Source of the DNA: the human T2T-CHM13v2.0 reference genome, Homo sapiens | Direction: 5' to 3' (one strand) | Assembly: GCF_009914755.1 (NCBI RefSeq) | Contig: NC_060931.1 | Length of the DNA stretch: 64,000 nt | In this document: one piece after another, positions 1 to 16,364 of the stretch | How positions within the stretch are numbered: position 1 is the first letter of the stretch | Layout: each line of letters opens with the position of its first letter | The notes under the pieces: generated by a model | Seen by the model: the letters and a program-made list of their open reading frames with translations, nothing else | Database searches by the model: none | Told to the model about the DNA's origin: nothing | Position numbers and translations under genes: made by a program

Positions 1-309
<309 letters not shown>

Positions 310-2739
310 TAAATTGATTTGTATGTGAGGGCAAGAGTGCTGCCAACTCCTATTCTGCCGTCTTGCTGTCACTTGAGGAGTCCCCTGATTTCCCTATATG
401 TGATCTCCTCTACATCTCCAGCTGTCTGGCCCAGGCTATTAGCACTATATTGTCTAACAATTCGTTAAGGGCCCTATTGCCTAATCTTAATAATTGAATA
501 TTAACATCTGAAATAACTACAGCTTCCTATCCCTCTATCCTTATTGCTATTATGTCTGAAATCTCTCTGGCATTAAGTTTATCTTACCCTCAGGGGGATT
601 AGATTTTTGAATACTGCGATGTAAATGAAATTTTAAAATACATTCAATTAAAATATTGTTATACTTGAAGTTGAAAACTAAAATGACCTCTTTACTTTTT
701 ATTATCCTCTCAGAAATATGCATCTCCTCTGTGTTAGACTTCTGTCAGACTGCATCTATGGGGCTTCTCTTGTATGTGTCCATTTGTCTCCCAAATATAC
801 AGTATGTGCCTTTGGTTTAGGTACTACTTGCCAGTATCAGTTATGACTAGGTTAATAAGATCATATTAAAATGAATGATAGTTTATGCTCAGAAAACAAA
901 GTATGCCTAGGTTATAAAGGTTATGTGTTATTTATAACTGTCCAATGCAACTAATAAACATTTCCCTGACATTAAGCTGTTTAGACTCAATATTATGTGG
1001 GTCTCACTTTTGCTGATACAAACTTGTGAAGACGAAGAGAAAGAAGGAGTGAGAGGTACAAAAGAAGAAGTCGGAGGGGACTATATTCTATAGATGAAAA
1101 TTTTCGATCTAGAGGAACAAGTAGCTTTTCTGAGGCTACAGAACCAAGAGAAAGGACCAAGATTTGAGTTGAAAGCATTGTACCTGCCTTATACTCTCTT
1201 GCTACATCCGGAAGAGATTTCAGATTATTTTTATCATGCTTTCTTCACATCCTCAATCCAACCTCAATGAAAGTATTCAGCCATTTGTTGAGGGTGCAGG
1301 AAGATATACACAGCTAGTGAATTACTGGACAAAATGAATCTATTTCTCTGATCTTGATATCACATGATAGAACATAGAATTTATCCTCATTAATGAGGAA
1401 GGGTGCTATTTAAAATGGACCACAGAATATAGAATCAGATGATTGCATTTGAGTTTCAACTCAGATATACACTAGATAAAATGTTAGTTACATCACCCAG
1501 CAACCCTGAATCTTACTCAGTTTAACCATATGCATGTTAATTAGCATTGATCTATTTTAAACTGTTGTAATATATATTGGAAAGTACTTCTCTATATATT
1601 TTATCAACCCTACATATACATACATAGAGTACTTTATATATTTCAATTATTATTTCTAGCCACTTCTAGTTACCTAAAAATCTTTCTTTCTGTGCAAAAT
1701 TGTGTCTCTGTTTGTTTTCCTCCATAGCAAATGCAGCAGTGTGTGATCAAGTATATTCTAAAAGTAAAATAAGAAATAAAAAATAGAACCCATCTGAGAT
1801 TTTTCCTCTTTACCCCATCTTCAGCCCTTCCATAATACCTTGTAAGGAATTTTCTTACCATGAGTATTCACAAATTCGGATTCATTCCCTAGAGTTAACA
1901 ATGTCCCTAGCACTGGGTAGTGTAAACAACTGGGTTTTTCTTTTAAACGTGGCAAGGCACCAGTAGAAGTTGGAGGAAGTCCCACATTCAATTCATTATA
2001 GTAACGATATAAAAAATTCACAGAATTTTAAAGTAAATAATAAGTTATGAAAAAAAGACAAATGGGCACGACAATGTGAAGAAGTCTGAATCTGTTGTCA
2101 GAACAAAGCAACTTTCTTAAAACTGTTCTCCATTGCCTGGGTAAGAAGTATTTGTAATCAACCAGCTTGAAAACTCCTCTTGAAAGAAGATGTAAACTTG
2201 AAACAAAAATGAAAACATTCCCATTTAAGCCTTGGAAAAAATAAAATAATTTAGTTAGAGGTGTTTTAGTGATTAAATATTTTAATATTAATCACCCTCC
2301 TATTGCTACTACACATAATGCAATCAGCAGAGTCAATATGTGTATACTCTTATGATGATAAAGATCAAGACATAGAATTCAATTAAAGACATTTCACTCT
2401 ACTTGCAGCATCTCCCTTGGCCCCTAATTAAGTGGGAAGAAAGAAAAAAAGAATAAGAATTCTTGAAATCTTTTCAGAGCACTGTGAAACACGAAGCACA
2501 TCCAGAGATTACTTGGTGACCTGTATGTTGTTGCAAAAGTAAGAATAAATAACAAGGTTAAAATAATGCCCTTGCTAAAGACTTTCACGTGTAAAAAATA
2601 ATATAATGCATACCTACTCCTAGATCCTGAACTTAATGTTAATTCTCTCTATTGATTCATTCACCAGAGTTTGTAAAAAAGCCCTTCATCTTTATTACAC
2701 TGTCTTCTCATCTCTTTTTTTTTTTCTCCTCTTCTCCGT

Positions 2740-3020
2740 GCAGCTAAGCTTTTAGTATGGTTATTTGCACTTTTTTCTTCACTTTCTCACCTTCCATTTC
2801 ACTGTTCTGTAAACTGCAATCAGGCTTTGAGCATGTGCTCCAACCCCAACAAACCTGTCGCAGCAAAGATCACTGAGGTCCTATTAAGTGTGAGACACAG
2901 TGCACATATTTCTGTCCTATATTCTTGACCTTTCTGAAGCTCATGAAATAATTCTATGTGCCAGAAACCCTTATTTCTAGCTTTTTAAGGTAGTGTTCTC
3001 TTATGATTCTCCTCATTCTT
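2740..3020 (+). mobile_element. Degraded L2 fragment
   Basis: Pyrimidine-rich L2-like motifs (ctgcaatcaggcttt, ttcttgacctttctgaagc); boundaries approximate. Confidence 0.4.
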
Positions 3021-3039
3021 TATTAATCATTCTGTCTAA

Positions 3040-3500
3040 ATACTGGCCAAGTTTTGTCTATTTCATTAGACTTTGAAAGAACTAGCTTGTTTGTTTTATT
3101 TGCTTATCTATTGAATCTTTGCTTTTTACTGAATCAGTTTTTACTTTTATCTCTCATATTATCTTCCTCTTCCACATACTCTGCATTACTGCCATTTTCC
3201 TAAATTTCTGAGTTGATCTCTTAGCTCATTTATTTTTATGCTTTCTTCTTTCCTGGGACTTCTTTCTTAGTACTTTCTTCTTTTCTAGTACTTGTATTAT
3301 AGTCATATTGATTTCTCAGCTCATTAATTTTTAATCTTTTTTGTAGTACTTTTATAATTTTCCCTTTAAATACCACTTGAAAGCCTCTCTTAAAGTTAAT
3401 CTACAGTATTTTATTTTTATTTCCATTCTAAAATAAATATTTTATTTATTTATTTCATTTTGATAGTTTAGAATTTCCAAATGTATGAATACTTGAAGTG
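3040..3500 (-). mobile_element. Old L1M fragment
   Basis: T-rich antisense L1 ORF2-like text (ttttgtctatttcattagactttgaaagaactagctt); boundaries approximate. Confidence 0.5.
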
Positions 3501-3529
3501 CTATTTTTTGTATTTTATAAAAAATATTT

Positions 3530-3790
3530 TAAGTGGGAAAATGAAATGATCTGTTTTACATGTTTTAAAAGATTACTCAGGTTGTTATGATAGTTAATGG
3601 AATATAGCCAGAGTGGATATTTTGAAAATAAATTGGAGGTTATTGCATAGTTTGAGAGATTAGGATACTCAGTAAAGGCAGAAGAGATGTAGACAGATTC
3701 AAATATGCATTGAAGGTATAATGGACAAAATAAATAGTAGCATCAAGAATAACATTAAAGAGAAAAGTGAGGAAAGTGTGAGCAAGGGCC
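3530..3790 (-). mobile_element. Degraded L2 fragment
   Basis: atgatctgttttacatgttttaaaagattactcagg...gacagattcaaatatgcattgaagg resembles antisense L2. Confidence 0.5.
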
Positions 3791-3858
3791 AGGGCCAATA
3801 AGCTTCTCCTTGGTTTTTTCTATATGTATCTCTTCTAATTAAATTATGAGAATAACTC

Positions 3859-4209
3859 AGCTGGGCACGGTGGTTTACATCTGTAATCCTGGTACTTTGG
3901 GAGGTTGAGGTGGGAGAATTGCTGGAGCCCAGAAGTTTGAGACCAGCATGGGCATCATAGTGAGATCCTATCTCTAAAAACAAACAAAATCACCAGGAAT
4001 GGTGGCATACTCTTGAAGTTGTAGCTATTGGGGTGGCTGAGGTGGGAGGATTAATTGAACACAGGAATTCAAGGTTACAGTGAGCTATGATCTTGCCAAT
4101 GGACTCTAGCCTGGGTGACAGATTTTTTATTCTGTCATTTATTAGAATAAAATAGAAAAATTTATTCTGTTACTAGAATAGAATTTTATTCTAATTTTTT
4201 TAAAAAATT
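3859..4209 (+). mobile_element. Alu SINE (AluJ) with rearranged 3' end
   Basis: Diverged Alu dimer to ...ctgggtgacaga (4122); TSD agaataactca on both sides; the tail is replaced by AT-rich inverted repeats. Confidence 0.9.
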
Positions 4210-4407
4210 AGAATAACTCATATTAGTTCTAGGCTTTCTGTTACCTGAACACGAAATGCATTTACGATTTCTACCCTCAACAAAACACAGACATTTTGAT
4301 TAGCTTGGAAAACAGACTGTAAGTGGTGTCAATACAAAAGAATGCCATTCTTTATTTGGAAGAGTCTCTGAGTAGCATAACCAAATAAACCAACGGACTA
4401 TGATGTG

Positions 4408-5078
<671 letters not shown>

Positions 5079-6306
5079 ATGAGTAAAAGTTGACATATTT
5101 AACAGAAAAATTTCTTCTAACTGTGAAAGGGATTAATATAAGTTTTATTCAACATTCACATTTTTGTAGAACAGTACGACTTTGTGATACCATGTATTCA
5201 AGTATGGTTGAATTTAATTTTTAAAGGATTACCAGAATAAGAAGACTGTGTGTTAAGAATAGAGGTAATCATGCTTGGAGAAGGTATTTTGGATGAGAAG
5301 AATATAGATTAGTTTTGTTTGTACATTATAACTTTTTAAAGTTAAGAGCCAGTAAATAGTCTGGATTAAACACTTTTTAGATTTGTTGACTAGGAGAATA
5401 ATTAAAGACATGTTTTCAAAGACTACAGATGAAATTTATAAACAGCTGAAATTAGGGGGAAATGCAACAGGATATTCTCTGCCACTTTGTCCTATAGCTT
5501 CCTTGCATAATCCAAGAACATTTAATCAGTTCAAATTTGCCTGAATGGAAGAGAACAAGAATTGCTAGAGGGTGAAAGGAATGGGAGGGAACAACCCCAG
5601 AGACAGCAAATGCAGCTGCAGCTCTCCAATGGCAACAAGTGTTATGGAAATACGCATAAGCACAATCAAGTCTATGTACAGCAGGAACTTGGTCTTTGGT
5701 GCAAAAAGGAACAGACTTTTCACAGTTGATTTAATTTGTCTATGTTATAAATGGAATAGTAATCATATAAAGGAATAAAAAAGAATCCATAGCCCTAGGG
5801 TACGTGTGTTGCTTCAACTGTGCCTATCCCTCAAAAACATGTGATTCTTCCTAGGAAAATCTGCAGCTTTTGAATTATTATTGGGGGGCACTTTTTTTCA
5901 AAACAGGAAAATTTTGACTCTTAAAGCCTGATTTAAGTCCTGCTCTAATTTGTAATGTAGATTTCAGATGGCTTTGTCTATGAAATTTGTTCAATAGATT
6001 CAAAGCAACCATTCTATACAGTGTAACTTTCCTTGTTGAACATGGTTTAAAAAAAAGCCTTGAACACTCATCTCTGTCTCTCCTAGTATAGAGAACAGAT
6101 TCACAAATGGGCATTGACTGTCTCTGTCCTACTTAATGAGTTTCTTCATAGAAAGGCAAAAGGTGAATACAACACAAAGACGATAGTGCAATTATGTGTA
6201 GAAATTGTTGACATAAAAAAGCCTATTTTATATATTTATGAGCAAAAATTATGTAAAAATGCAATACTGGCAAATTAACAAGGTCTATTAAGTTAACCTC
6301 AATTAA

Positions 6307-6770
<464 letters not shown>

Positions 6771-7056
6771 TAGCTATGGGGTTCTCTTTTCTGGTTCGTA
6801 ATAGGAATGTCTGACATTGTCATTGAAACATTAAAATTATAGGAATGTTTTATTGTTTGCTACCATTTCTCTTTTTACCTCTGATCCAATATTAAATGGT
6901 GTTCCTCAATTTCACAAGCATGTTATGTAAAATAAATACATTTCAAATTGTTGAGCACTTTTATCTTCTGGGTTTGAAATTATTCATGTCCTGACTTTGA
7001 AACTTTATTGCAGATTAAAAACAAATTAAAACACATATACATCCCTACATATGTGT

Positions 7057-7099
7057 ACACACACACACACACATGAACACACACACACACACACACACA
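7057..7099. repeat. Interrupted (CA)n microsatellite
   Basis: Direct reading. Confidence 0.95.
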
Positions 7100-9208
7100 G
7101 TTGAATTTGCTTAGGAAAGAAATCCATCAAAATAAATAATTCATGTTGGGATGGACTGAAATCTAGTCTTTTAGGAGGTGCCAACAGATGGTTTACATTT
7201 ATAGAATGCACACTTGCTGACTTCCAAACAGAAATGAAAATTCATAAAGTATATCATTAGGACTCCTTATAAGCAGCATTATGATTATGGTATGAATTTG
7301 GATTTTCCCAGGTGAAGAGTTTTCCATCATAATTTTACTAAGAAAAAGTGAAACAAATTACTTTCCAGTTACTATCTTGTGTTAGCAAGTTTGAAATCAA
7401 ACCCTGCTGCTGATCATCCAGCAGCACATGCCAATAAACTCAGACCTCAATAAGGCTGTTGTTCTCATGATGATCATCATTTTATAAGAAGTCTTGGGCA
7501 TTTTTAATCCTTTAAATAATAGGCATTATTGCAACTAATAAAATAAGGCAGTTTCTTTAGCTTTCACTTCCTATTACATCAGTTAGGTTAGGAACTTTCT
7601 ATCGGTATAATTACGGGTGAGACCTCAGCTTATTAAAGTTCAGGCAACAAGGCACTTTTAGTTAATTTTAGCAACCCTTTTGGCTTAAGTAGAGCTACTT
7701 AATACCGTGGGATAATAGTAACATTTTATTTTTAGTAAATGTTGCTGCTCACCAAAATGTTAACATTTATATCAGGTAAGGTTATAATTAAAACGTGTTT
7801 TACATCTACAAAAAGCTAATTCATTGCTCATGAAGATTTTGTCTACACAGTACAAAGTAAAGTGGATTATGATTGGTTATACATTTAACGAAATCAAAGA
7901 GTCATGAAAATCACTTAAAACCAAAACACGCCTGAGATTTTATTCACTAAGTGTGTCTAGTAGCTCACTTGATCAAATTAGCTGAATAAATGACAAACCC
8001 TATCCAGAATGGTAGTATTTACAATATGGAGAATATAAGAAAACATAAAAAAATTAATTGGGCAATTGCTAGATTTTCTTAATGATATTTTAACCGGTCT
8101 AAATTATGCAGGCAATTGTTTTCAGTCTCTTTTTCAACATGTTGGGTTGCCCACTACCAAAATAATTTAGACAAATATTACGGTGGGAAAAATCTGTCAT
8201 TTCAGTGAAAAAAAAAAAGCCAAACTATAAATGTTTTGTATCATAGAAATAAAATAACTAGTGTTTTAGGCTGAATTTGTTGTTTTTAAATCAATGATTT
8301 TAATAATGTATAGGTGGCCTCTTCATATTTTTATGCAGAAATACCTAAGTGTTGGCATAGATCATTCCAAGCAAATACAATATTCTCCGTCTGTAAACTT
8401 TAGATATCATATACTGTACAGTGAAGGATGAGTGAGGAACAGAACTTTTAGACACATTTATTCAACAAAAACACCTAAAGTTGATATTTTTGCCTTTCCA
8501 GTGATTGACTTGATATCCTCAATTAGGGGAAAAACTAGATATTATATTTGGATTCAATTAATCCATAATCCATTCAATATATAGTCTATACATGACTAAA
8601 TATAAAATAAGATTGAGCAGCACTTTCTTGCTTAAAATGGATATAGGAAAGAAACAAAAACATAGTTTATATAGATATAATTTGTGACGTTTTAACAGAG
8701 GTAAAATAATCTGGTGATATTTTTGAATTTTATATGGTAGAATTCAATATTTTAATCTGTCAGCCTGATTCTTTTACGACTAGACACAATATTCCAAAAG
8801 CTTACATTCCATATTTTTCTTGGAAAGCAATTGGCATTAAATGTCATTAAGAACACAAAGCAGAAATAAATTCTTCCATGTAAAACTCCTCAATTAAATA
8901 CCTTAACAGCAAGTCATGATAATACGATTATGCATAGTGAAATGTGCTATACGCACTGCAGAAGACTTTGAATGAATCCTGGGTTGTGTGGTGAATAATC
9001 AAGAAGATGTATTTATCCTATCTTGTCTTAGGTTAGGAGAAAGTATAAGTAAGGCAGAGGGGTCCTCTGGAATATAGGAGCTTCCAAGATAATGACGTAT
9101 CAGTTGAATTTGCAGCCTAAAAAAGGAAACCCAGTAGTCCAATGGTCTTGGGTAGAAAGAGTTTAGCATAATTGAGCCCACGTAGAATTTACGTTGTAGA
9201 ATGGATGG

Positions 9209-9565
9209 TACTGTGGTTTGAATGTTTATGTCCCCTCAAAATTCATATGTTAAATGTGATAGCATTAAGAGGTGGTGCCTTTAGGAGGTAATTAGGTCAT
9301 GAGGGTAGGACTTCCATAAAAGAGATTAATTTTTTTATAAGAGACACCCAGGGGACCTTGCTTGCCCCTTCTACTTTGTGAGGACACAATGAAAAGAAGC
9401 TGTGTCTGAGTGAGAGTGAGAGCACAGGTCCTCTTCAGACATTGAATCTGCCTGGGCCTTGTTCTCAGACTTTCCAGCCTCCAGAACTGTGAGAAATAAA
9501 TTATGCTGTTTAAAAGCCACCCAGTATGTGATATTTTGTTACAGCAGCCTAAACAAACTGACACA
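9209..9565 (+). mobile_element. MLT1A-type MaLR solo LTR
   Basis: tactgtggtttgaatgtttatgtcccctcaaaattcatatgtt ... cagcagcctaaacaaactgacaca; perfect 5-bp TSD gatgg (9204-9208, 9566-9570). Confidence 0.9.
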
Positions 9566-10384
9566 GATGGGACCCAAATGTAGTTACTGTTCCTAGAAGA
9601 ATAGCTTGGAAGATTTCTGAGCTCAGAGCCAGGCATCTTTCTCAGGGCTATTGCAAAGGCCAGTCCAAGAGGATGAAGGGGCAAGATAGGGAGTGCATGT
9701 GGAATGATAAACTCAGAATTAGGGCCAAGCCAGCTCCAACTAATCAGACCACTTTAAAGTAGAATCAGACTGCAGCTTAGAACACTAACTGGGCCAGCAG
9801 CAGTAAACTGAACAAGGGTCATTGCCCAGGGAACCAAGAAAATCAGAAGACGTTTTATTAAACAAATCATTCCCACCAAGAGGTAGCTTGGGCCACAATT
9901 CTCCCATTACACATCAAGGAAGATTCCTTCCTTCCTTGGAAGGAATCTGAGGACTAAGATGGGTAGTTAACATCCTGAAGGGCTGCACATTCTATCTTAG
10001 AAATACTATGCATTATGTAAAGGGATTCATTAAGAATTGGAATAAACATGTTTTAAAGTAGGTAGGACTATATCTTGTTTTTCTTCCCCACTACTCAGCA
10101 AATGGAGGTAAATTCAACTAGATTAATTATTGATAACATAGACCGTTTTCTATGTGCCCGAGTAAACTGTGAGTTTGCAACCCTACAACAGCAGGTAGTA
10201 TTACTACGATTGTCATCACCTTTTTCATTGTATTGTCTTACAGTTTCCTTTCAGGCTAGTATTTCTAATACACTATAGCTATAGCTCTCTTTAAAATATT
10301 TTGGTGGATACATAATGATGAGATGAACCTTTGCTTTTTAAAACCTATTTATCTCCCTAAGCTCATCTATTGCAATTTTGCCCC

Positions 10385-10560
10385 AACCCACAACTCATTT
10401 TCCAGCCAACTTTTAGATTGCTATTCCTGAAGTATGCCATTTTCTCTTTTGCCTCTGGGTTTCTGTACATGACATGCTCTCCTTACATGCTATGCATGGC
10501 TAAATCCTGCATATCTGTTAGGAATCAGTTCAGATATTACCTTTTCCAAAAATCTCCCTA
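10385..10560 (+). mobile_element. L2 3' fragment
   Basis: ggctaaatcctgcatatctgttaggaatcagttcagatattaccttttcc L2-like. Confidence 0.5.
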
Positions 10561-11554
10561 ATTTATGGTGGCCACCTTCAGAAGAGCAACATTCTTTCTT
10601 GCTCTTGAGGACTCCTCAGAACCAAGGTTGAGAAATGATCATTTTTGAGAACATTGTAGATTCATAAAGTTAAAGGCAAGATCTTCCTAATCTGAGAACT
10701 CCACTGTCCTAAGAATTGCTACTTGAGGTTTCTTTATCCCTTAGGCAATCATTTTTTATTGTATTTGTCTCTTTGGCTAAAGGAATCCTTTATGTTATAT
10801 GCCACTTCACACACTGGAGGTTTACACTGAAACATGAGAGTTAAGTCTCCAAGTAATGCTGATTATTTATTCTTAATGTATAGCAAGGCTTCTGTATGAG
10901 CAGAGTCCTGGCATTTAGAAAAAAATCTTTTGCGGAAATATCAAGATTTTTGTAATAGGGAGAGCCTCTGTGGTTTGAAGTTTGTAGAGGGAGTGCAGTT
11001 CTATTTTTGAAATGTATCCAGGACTTCCAACAGGTAGAGTCACAGAGCTCCATGTGATCAAATCAGATTCATCATGAATTGCCAGTAGTAAGATGAGGGA
11101 CTTAATGGTATGAAATAGACATTGGTAGATGACAGTGGATTGACTGTTATATGTTCTGTTCTTTATTGTATGATGACATATCCAGGTGAAGCAGAGAAAC
11201 AGGAAAAGATAATTCACAGCTCTTCTTAGGATTAATGCATTTTTATCAGAAATTTATCTGAAATAGCCAAACCACACGCTTTCAGGTTGGCCCTGATTTC
11301 TATATTAAATAGGCCCTAAAGACAAATGAAAACAACCGCTTCTGGGGACCTCAGTAGCCTGATTGTGACACACATAGGCATGCCTCTGTTGCTTTGTTTT
11401 TTTAGGCAGAGGTCCTAAGAGAATATTGTTAAGTCCTGACCATAATTAAATATCTCACCCACAGTAGAGGCTCCACTCATGAGTACTAGAGATTATTAAT
11501 GAACAGGGCCTAAACCTTAAGAAAGTCAAGCAACTTCTATTTTTGCAATTTTTA

Positions 11555-12030
11555 GATCTATGAGTTGCCATATAAGAAGTCTGGCTGTTCTACACAGTGC
11601 CTTTTAGAGAAGTCATGTGGAGAATGATAGTCCCTGAGACAACACAGAAAGAAAGAGAGGTCAAGGTGTGCAAGCATCCCAGTATAGGTGGCAGCTATGT
11701 AGATGAGACATCTTGGATATTTCAGCCCATTTGTGCACCCAGATAACCACAGCCACAGCCAACATCACTAGAAGCAGAAAAGCTGCCAAATTTGGCCCAA
11801 TAAATGCACAAAATCATGAGAAAAATGGGGGTTGTTGTTTTAAACTACTAAAATGTGTGAAGGGTTGTCATACAGTAATAAATAACTGAAACAAAGACTT
11901 TACCAGAAGTAGGGCTTTGCTGTAACATAAATAAAAAATATATGGCATTTGCTTTGTGATGGACACTGGCAGAATCTGTAAGGACTTTAAGTAGACTGTC
12001 AGTAAAAGCTGGAGGGACTTCTTTTTTCAG
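11555..12030 (+). mobile_element. Old MLT1 LTR 3' part plus start of MLT1 internal sequence
   Basis: LTR end gttgttttaaactacta...aataaataactgaaaca (11893) followed by taccagaagtagggctttgctgtaaca, typical of the MLT1-int start; 5' boundary uncertain. Confidence 0.7.
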
Positions 12031-12329
12031 GTTTCTGTCACCGCCCCACCCAAATTTATGCAACAGCATCTTAATCTTCCTGTCTCCAATCCGGAGATCA
12101 TTTTTTTTTTTTTCACCTAAAAACAAGTCTAAAACATTCAGAGACACTCACTAAACACTAAACAATATTTTTCAGTTTCATACAGAGGGCTTCAGGGTTT
12201 GGCTCGGGCTTACTTCTCTGATCCTACTGGTTAGCATACACTTTCTCAATTTGGACTGCTGTCTTTTCTCTTGCATTCTTTTTTTTTTTTTTTTTTTTTG
12301 CTTAGTAGTCTCATTCAGATATTACCCAT

Positions 12330-12765
12330 CTTAACATTAACTAGCCATGCTTTTCTGCTACTCTCCCGTACTGTGCTAATTGCTCCAGCTAGCACATTTC
12401 CCCCTAATCCTGTGACAGTTTCATATTATCTTCTTTCTATTGTGTCTTCTACATCCCTTCCTTGGCCAGGCTAATTCCCACATGCCCTTCTGGTACTTCT
12501 TTTGGAAAACCTTTACCCACTTCTCTAAGACCGAGTTAGATGACTTCTTCATATATTCCATAGTATCTCATCCTTGCTCTAATAATTACATTTTTTTAAG
12601 CTATGGTATAACTACCTGTTCATATCTGCCTTTCCCTTAGATTCTCAGAATATTGAAGGCAAGAACTGTGTCTGTTTTTCAATATACCCTCATGGTTGAC
12701 AACAGTATCTGGCACATAGGAGGTTCTTTATCAATATATTTTAAATGAATGAATTAAAAATGAAT
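12330..12765 (+). mobile_element. L2 3' end
   Basis: gaaggcaagaactgtgtctg...acagtatctggcacataggagg...aaatgaatgaa. Confidence 0.7.
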
Positions 12766-14043
12766 AGATGATTGGGCCAAGTACTTGTGTACTTTTTTCC
12801 AAATACCATGCTTATTCTGGCAAAGTAAACATATATAAAACAATTTCCAAATTGGGGTGTTTATGTGAATTTTAGTTTGTTTCTTATCTTTACTGCAAGG
12901 GGGTTATATAGTAAGAACAGTGGCGAAAGAGGGTAGCCTATTTTGTTTTTGAAGCATCCTCTTGCCCCTGCCCCAGACTAAGTCGGTAAATGCTACTGAG
13001 TGCATGTTAGTGCTACATAAAAGGCAACCTTTTCTGTGGCGGCCTGTTCCCTGTGCTCGTTCAATTGTTATTTTTATAAGGCAAATAGCTATCAGTGTGT
13101 AGAGAAGCCATCAAGCTCTTATAGCTGGTTTTAAAATACTGTTTTTAGTTTGTATGCCTTCAAATTGCGCCTAAATAACACAGTTATTTTTGACTGATTG
13201 ATTCTAAGAATTTTGCTATTACAGCCAAACTATGACATTTTGCATCATATATTTTTAGCATTTTTAAAGAATGAAATGCATTTCTATTTTTTAAAATGAT
13301 TTTTTCATTTTGAGTTTGAGCCAAATATCTCAAAAATCCACAGCTCCTAGAACTCAACAGAAAATTTGCAAGGCCAAATAAAATATATGTGGCTTACTGC
13401 TGCAGCTGTATGTTTTAAAGAAAGCTAATATATTGACTAATTCTTAGAAGAGCATCCATAAATTGCTGTCTCTGAAAAATGTTTATAGTTATAAAGGCTA
13501 GAGATGATGTCATTTTTGCTGTTACAGGTAAAGAGGCATCTGTGTTTTTGACCTTTTAAGTATTTCTATTGAGATTCTAAATACCAACGTACCAAAATAC
13601 ACCTACCATTATTTATCCAACAACACTCAAAATAAAATGACAACATTTTGTCATTCCACTCTATCAATTTATGTCTCTTTAACCCTTTGATTGCTTTAAT
13701 GGTTCAGTTGCTTTTAATACACAAAGGAATATACAATTGTTTAACTAAATAGACAATACTGTTTATTTTAATATAACCTTATAAGGTGATCATTCTGTAA
13801 CCAATTTCTTTGATATTAATGATCATCACTATGTTAAAATACGTTAATACTTAAGCAGACTGATGTACATAACTGTAACAGGTTTTTTGTTTTAATTTCT
13901 TTGTCATCTAAACATTACCTTATATTTTAAAGCCAATTTGTTTTGTAATATAGATAATGAACAAGTTGGTTTCCCCCTAGAGATGTCTATGATACGTGAA
14001 AGATGTTTGTGAATGAATACATGTCTTTGTGTGTATTCTATGG

Positions 14044-14810
<767 letters not shown>

Positions 14811-15149
14811 TAGGGTAAATGGCATGAATATCTGAGGTGACACCCCATTTTATGATTCTTTTTCATCAAACTATTTTAGAACAATTCTACTAACTAGGTT
14901 ACAACAAGATAAATATCCAAATACCATAAAATTACTCACAAGGGTACAAAGAAATATTGAAACTATTAAGTCTATAATTCCATGGTTAATGAAAAAATCA
15001 GGATTTTGCCAGCCAAGTATTATCCAGTTTCTATATTCGTTTTGGAGATGAGTCAAGTCTGCTAGCTTACTATCTAGCTCACTGATCTAACCACTATATA
15101 GAACTACATGACCTCTAGATTTAAAAACCTTTATCTTAAACATTAAAAT

Positions 15150-15207
15150 CACACACACCCATAGTCACTGTACCACACACACACACACACACACCACACA
15201 CACACAC
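15150..15207. repeat. Imperfect (CA)n microsatellite
   Basis: Direct reading. Confidence 0.9.
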
Positions 15208-15829
15208 TGCCTCTCTTCAAATATTTCTCTCACATCACCAGATTATAAGACATTTTATAAGGATGCTGTGAGATTCACCCACCACCCACAGGCAGCTGCT
15301 CTGAAGAGGAATTAATCTACAACAGCAATAAATAAATAAATAAAACATGGAATGAAAAACAACATACGTATTTTAGTATCCAGATATACCTATATAAATA
15401 CATGGAGATACTTCAAGCATATGCAAGGTTATTGATTTAGAATTCAGCAGGAAGAGGTACCCAAAGAGTTCTCAGAATAACAATGTAAAAGCACATGAGA
15501 AATTCTTCTTTCATTTGTTTTTTTCTAAGATTTAAAAATGAGATTAGTGCAATTTAAGAAATGAATAAAAGAAATATGTTAGAAGATGTAGATTCTTTGG
15601 GGATTCCTAGCATTCAGTTTCGGGGAAATTTTGCCTTTCCTTTAAGGAAGCAGGTATATCTTATGTTGGCTTAGCAATTTAATCTATTTAACTCCTACAA
15701 AGCATAACTTATTTAGAACATATACTGGACATTTTATGTATCACTTCTGATTAAGAGTTATTAAAAATAATGTGAATAGCAAAACATTAATTTTGGCTTT
15801 GATAGTGTCTCTGTAATATGTAAGAGCAG

Positions 15830-16364
15830 TGTATTGGTTATCTATTGTGAATAATAAGTTACCTTTTTGTTTAGCAGCTCAAAACAACACACATTTATTA
15901 GCTCACAGTTTCTGTGGGTCAAGGATTCAGGGCCAGGTGACTCTGACTGAGTCTGTCATGATGATTCAGGTAAGCCATCACCAAGAAGCTGAAGGTTTAA
16001 CTTGGGCTGATCTGATTCCATGATGGCTCATTTGCGTGGCTGTTGGCTGGAGGCCTCAGTCCCTCAGAGGCTATCGGCAGAAAGCCTTAGCTCCTTGCCA
16101 TGCTGACTTTTCTGTGGAGCTGCTTGATCTCCTTATGACATGGCAGCTGGCTTTACCCAGAGTGCACAGTTAGGAAGAAAGGAGGAAGCTGCAGTGATTT
16201 TTACGACCTAGTTTCTGCAATCACACACTAACACTTGTGCTTTATTCTGTTCATTAGCAGTGAGCCACTGCGTCCACCCCACACTCCAGGAGAGGGAAAT
16301 TAAGCTCCACCACTTAATGGAAGCAGCATCAAAGAATCTCTGGACAAATTTTAGAACCACCACA
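15830..16364 (-). mobile_element. MLT1F-type solo LTR
   Basis: tgtattggttatctattg ... caaagaatctctggacaaattttagaaccaccaca; TSD agcag/agtag. Confidence 0.85.

Noticed and set aside
1094-1270. 58-codon ORF MKIFDLEEQVAFLRLQ after a purine-rich stretch
   Set aside because: No recognisable homology, splice signals or poly-A/TSD; expected by chance
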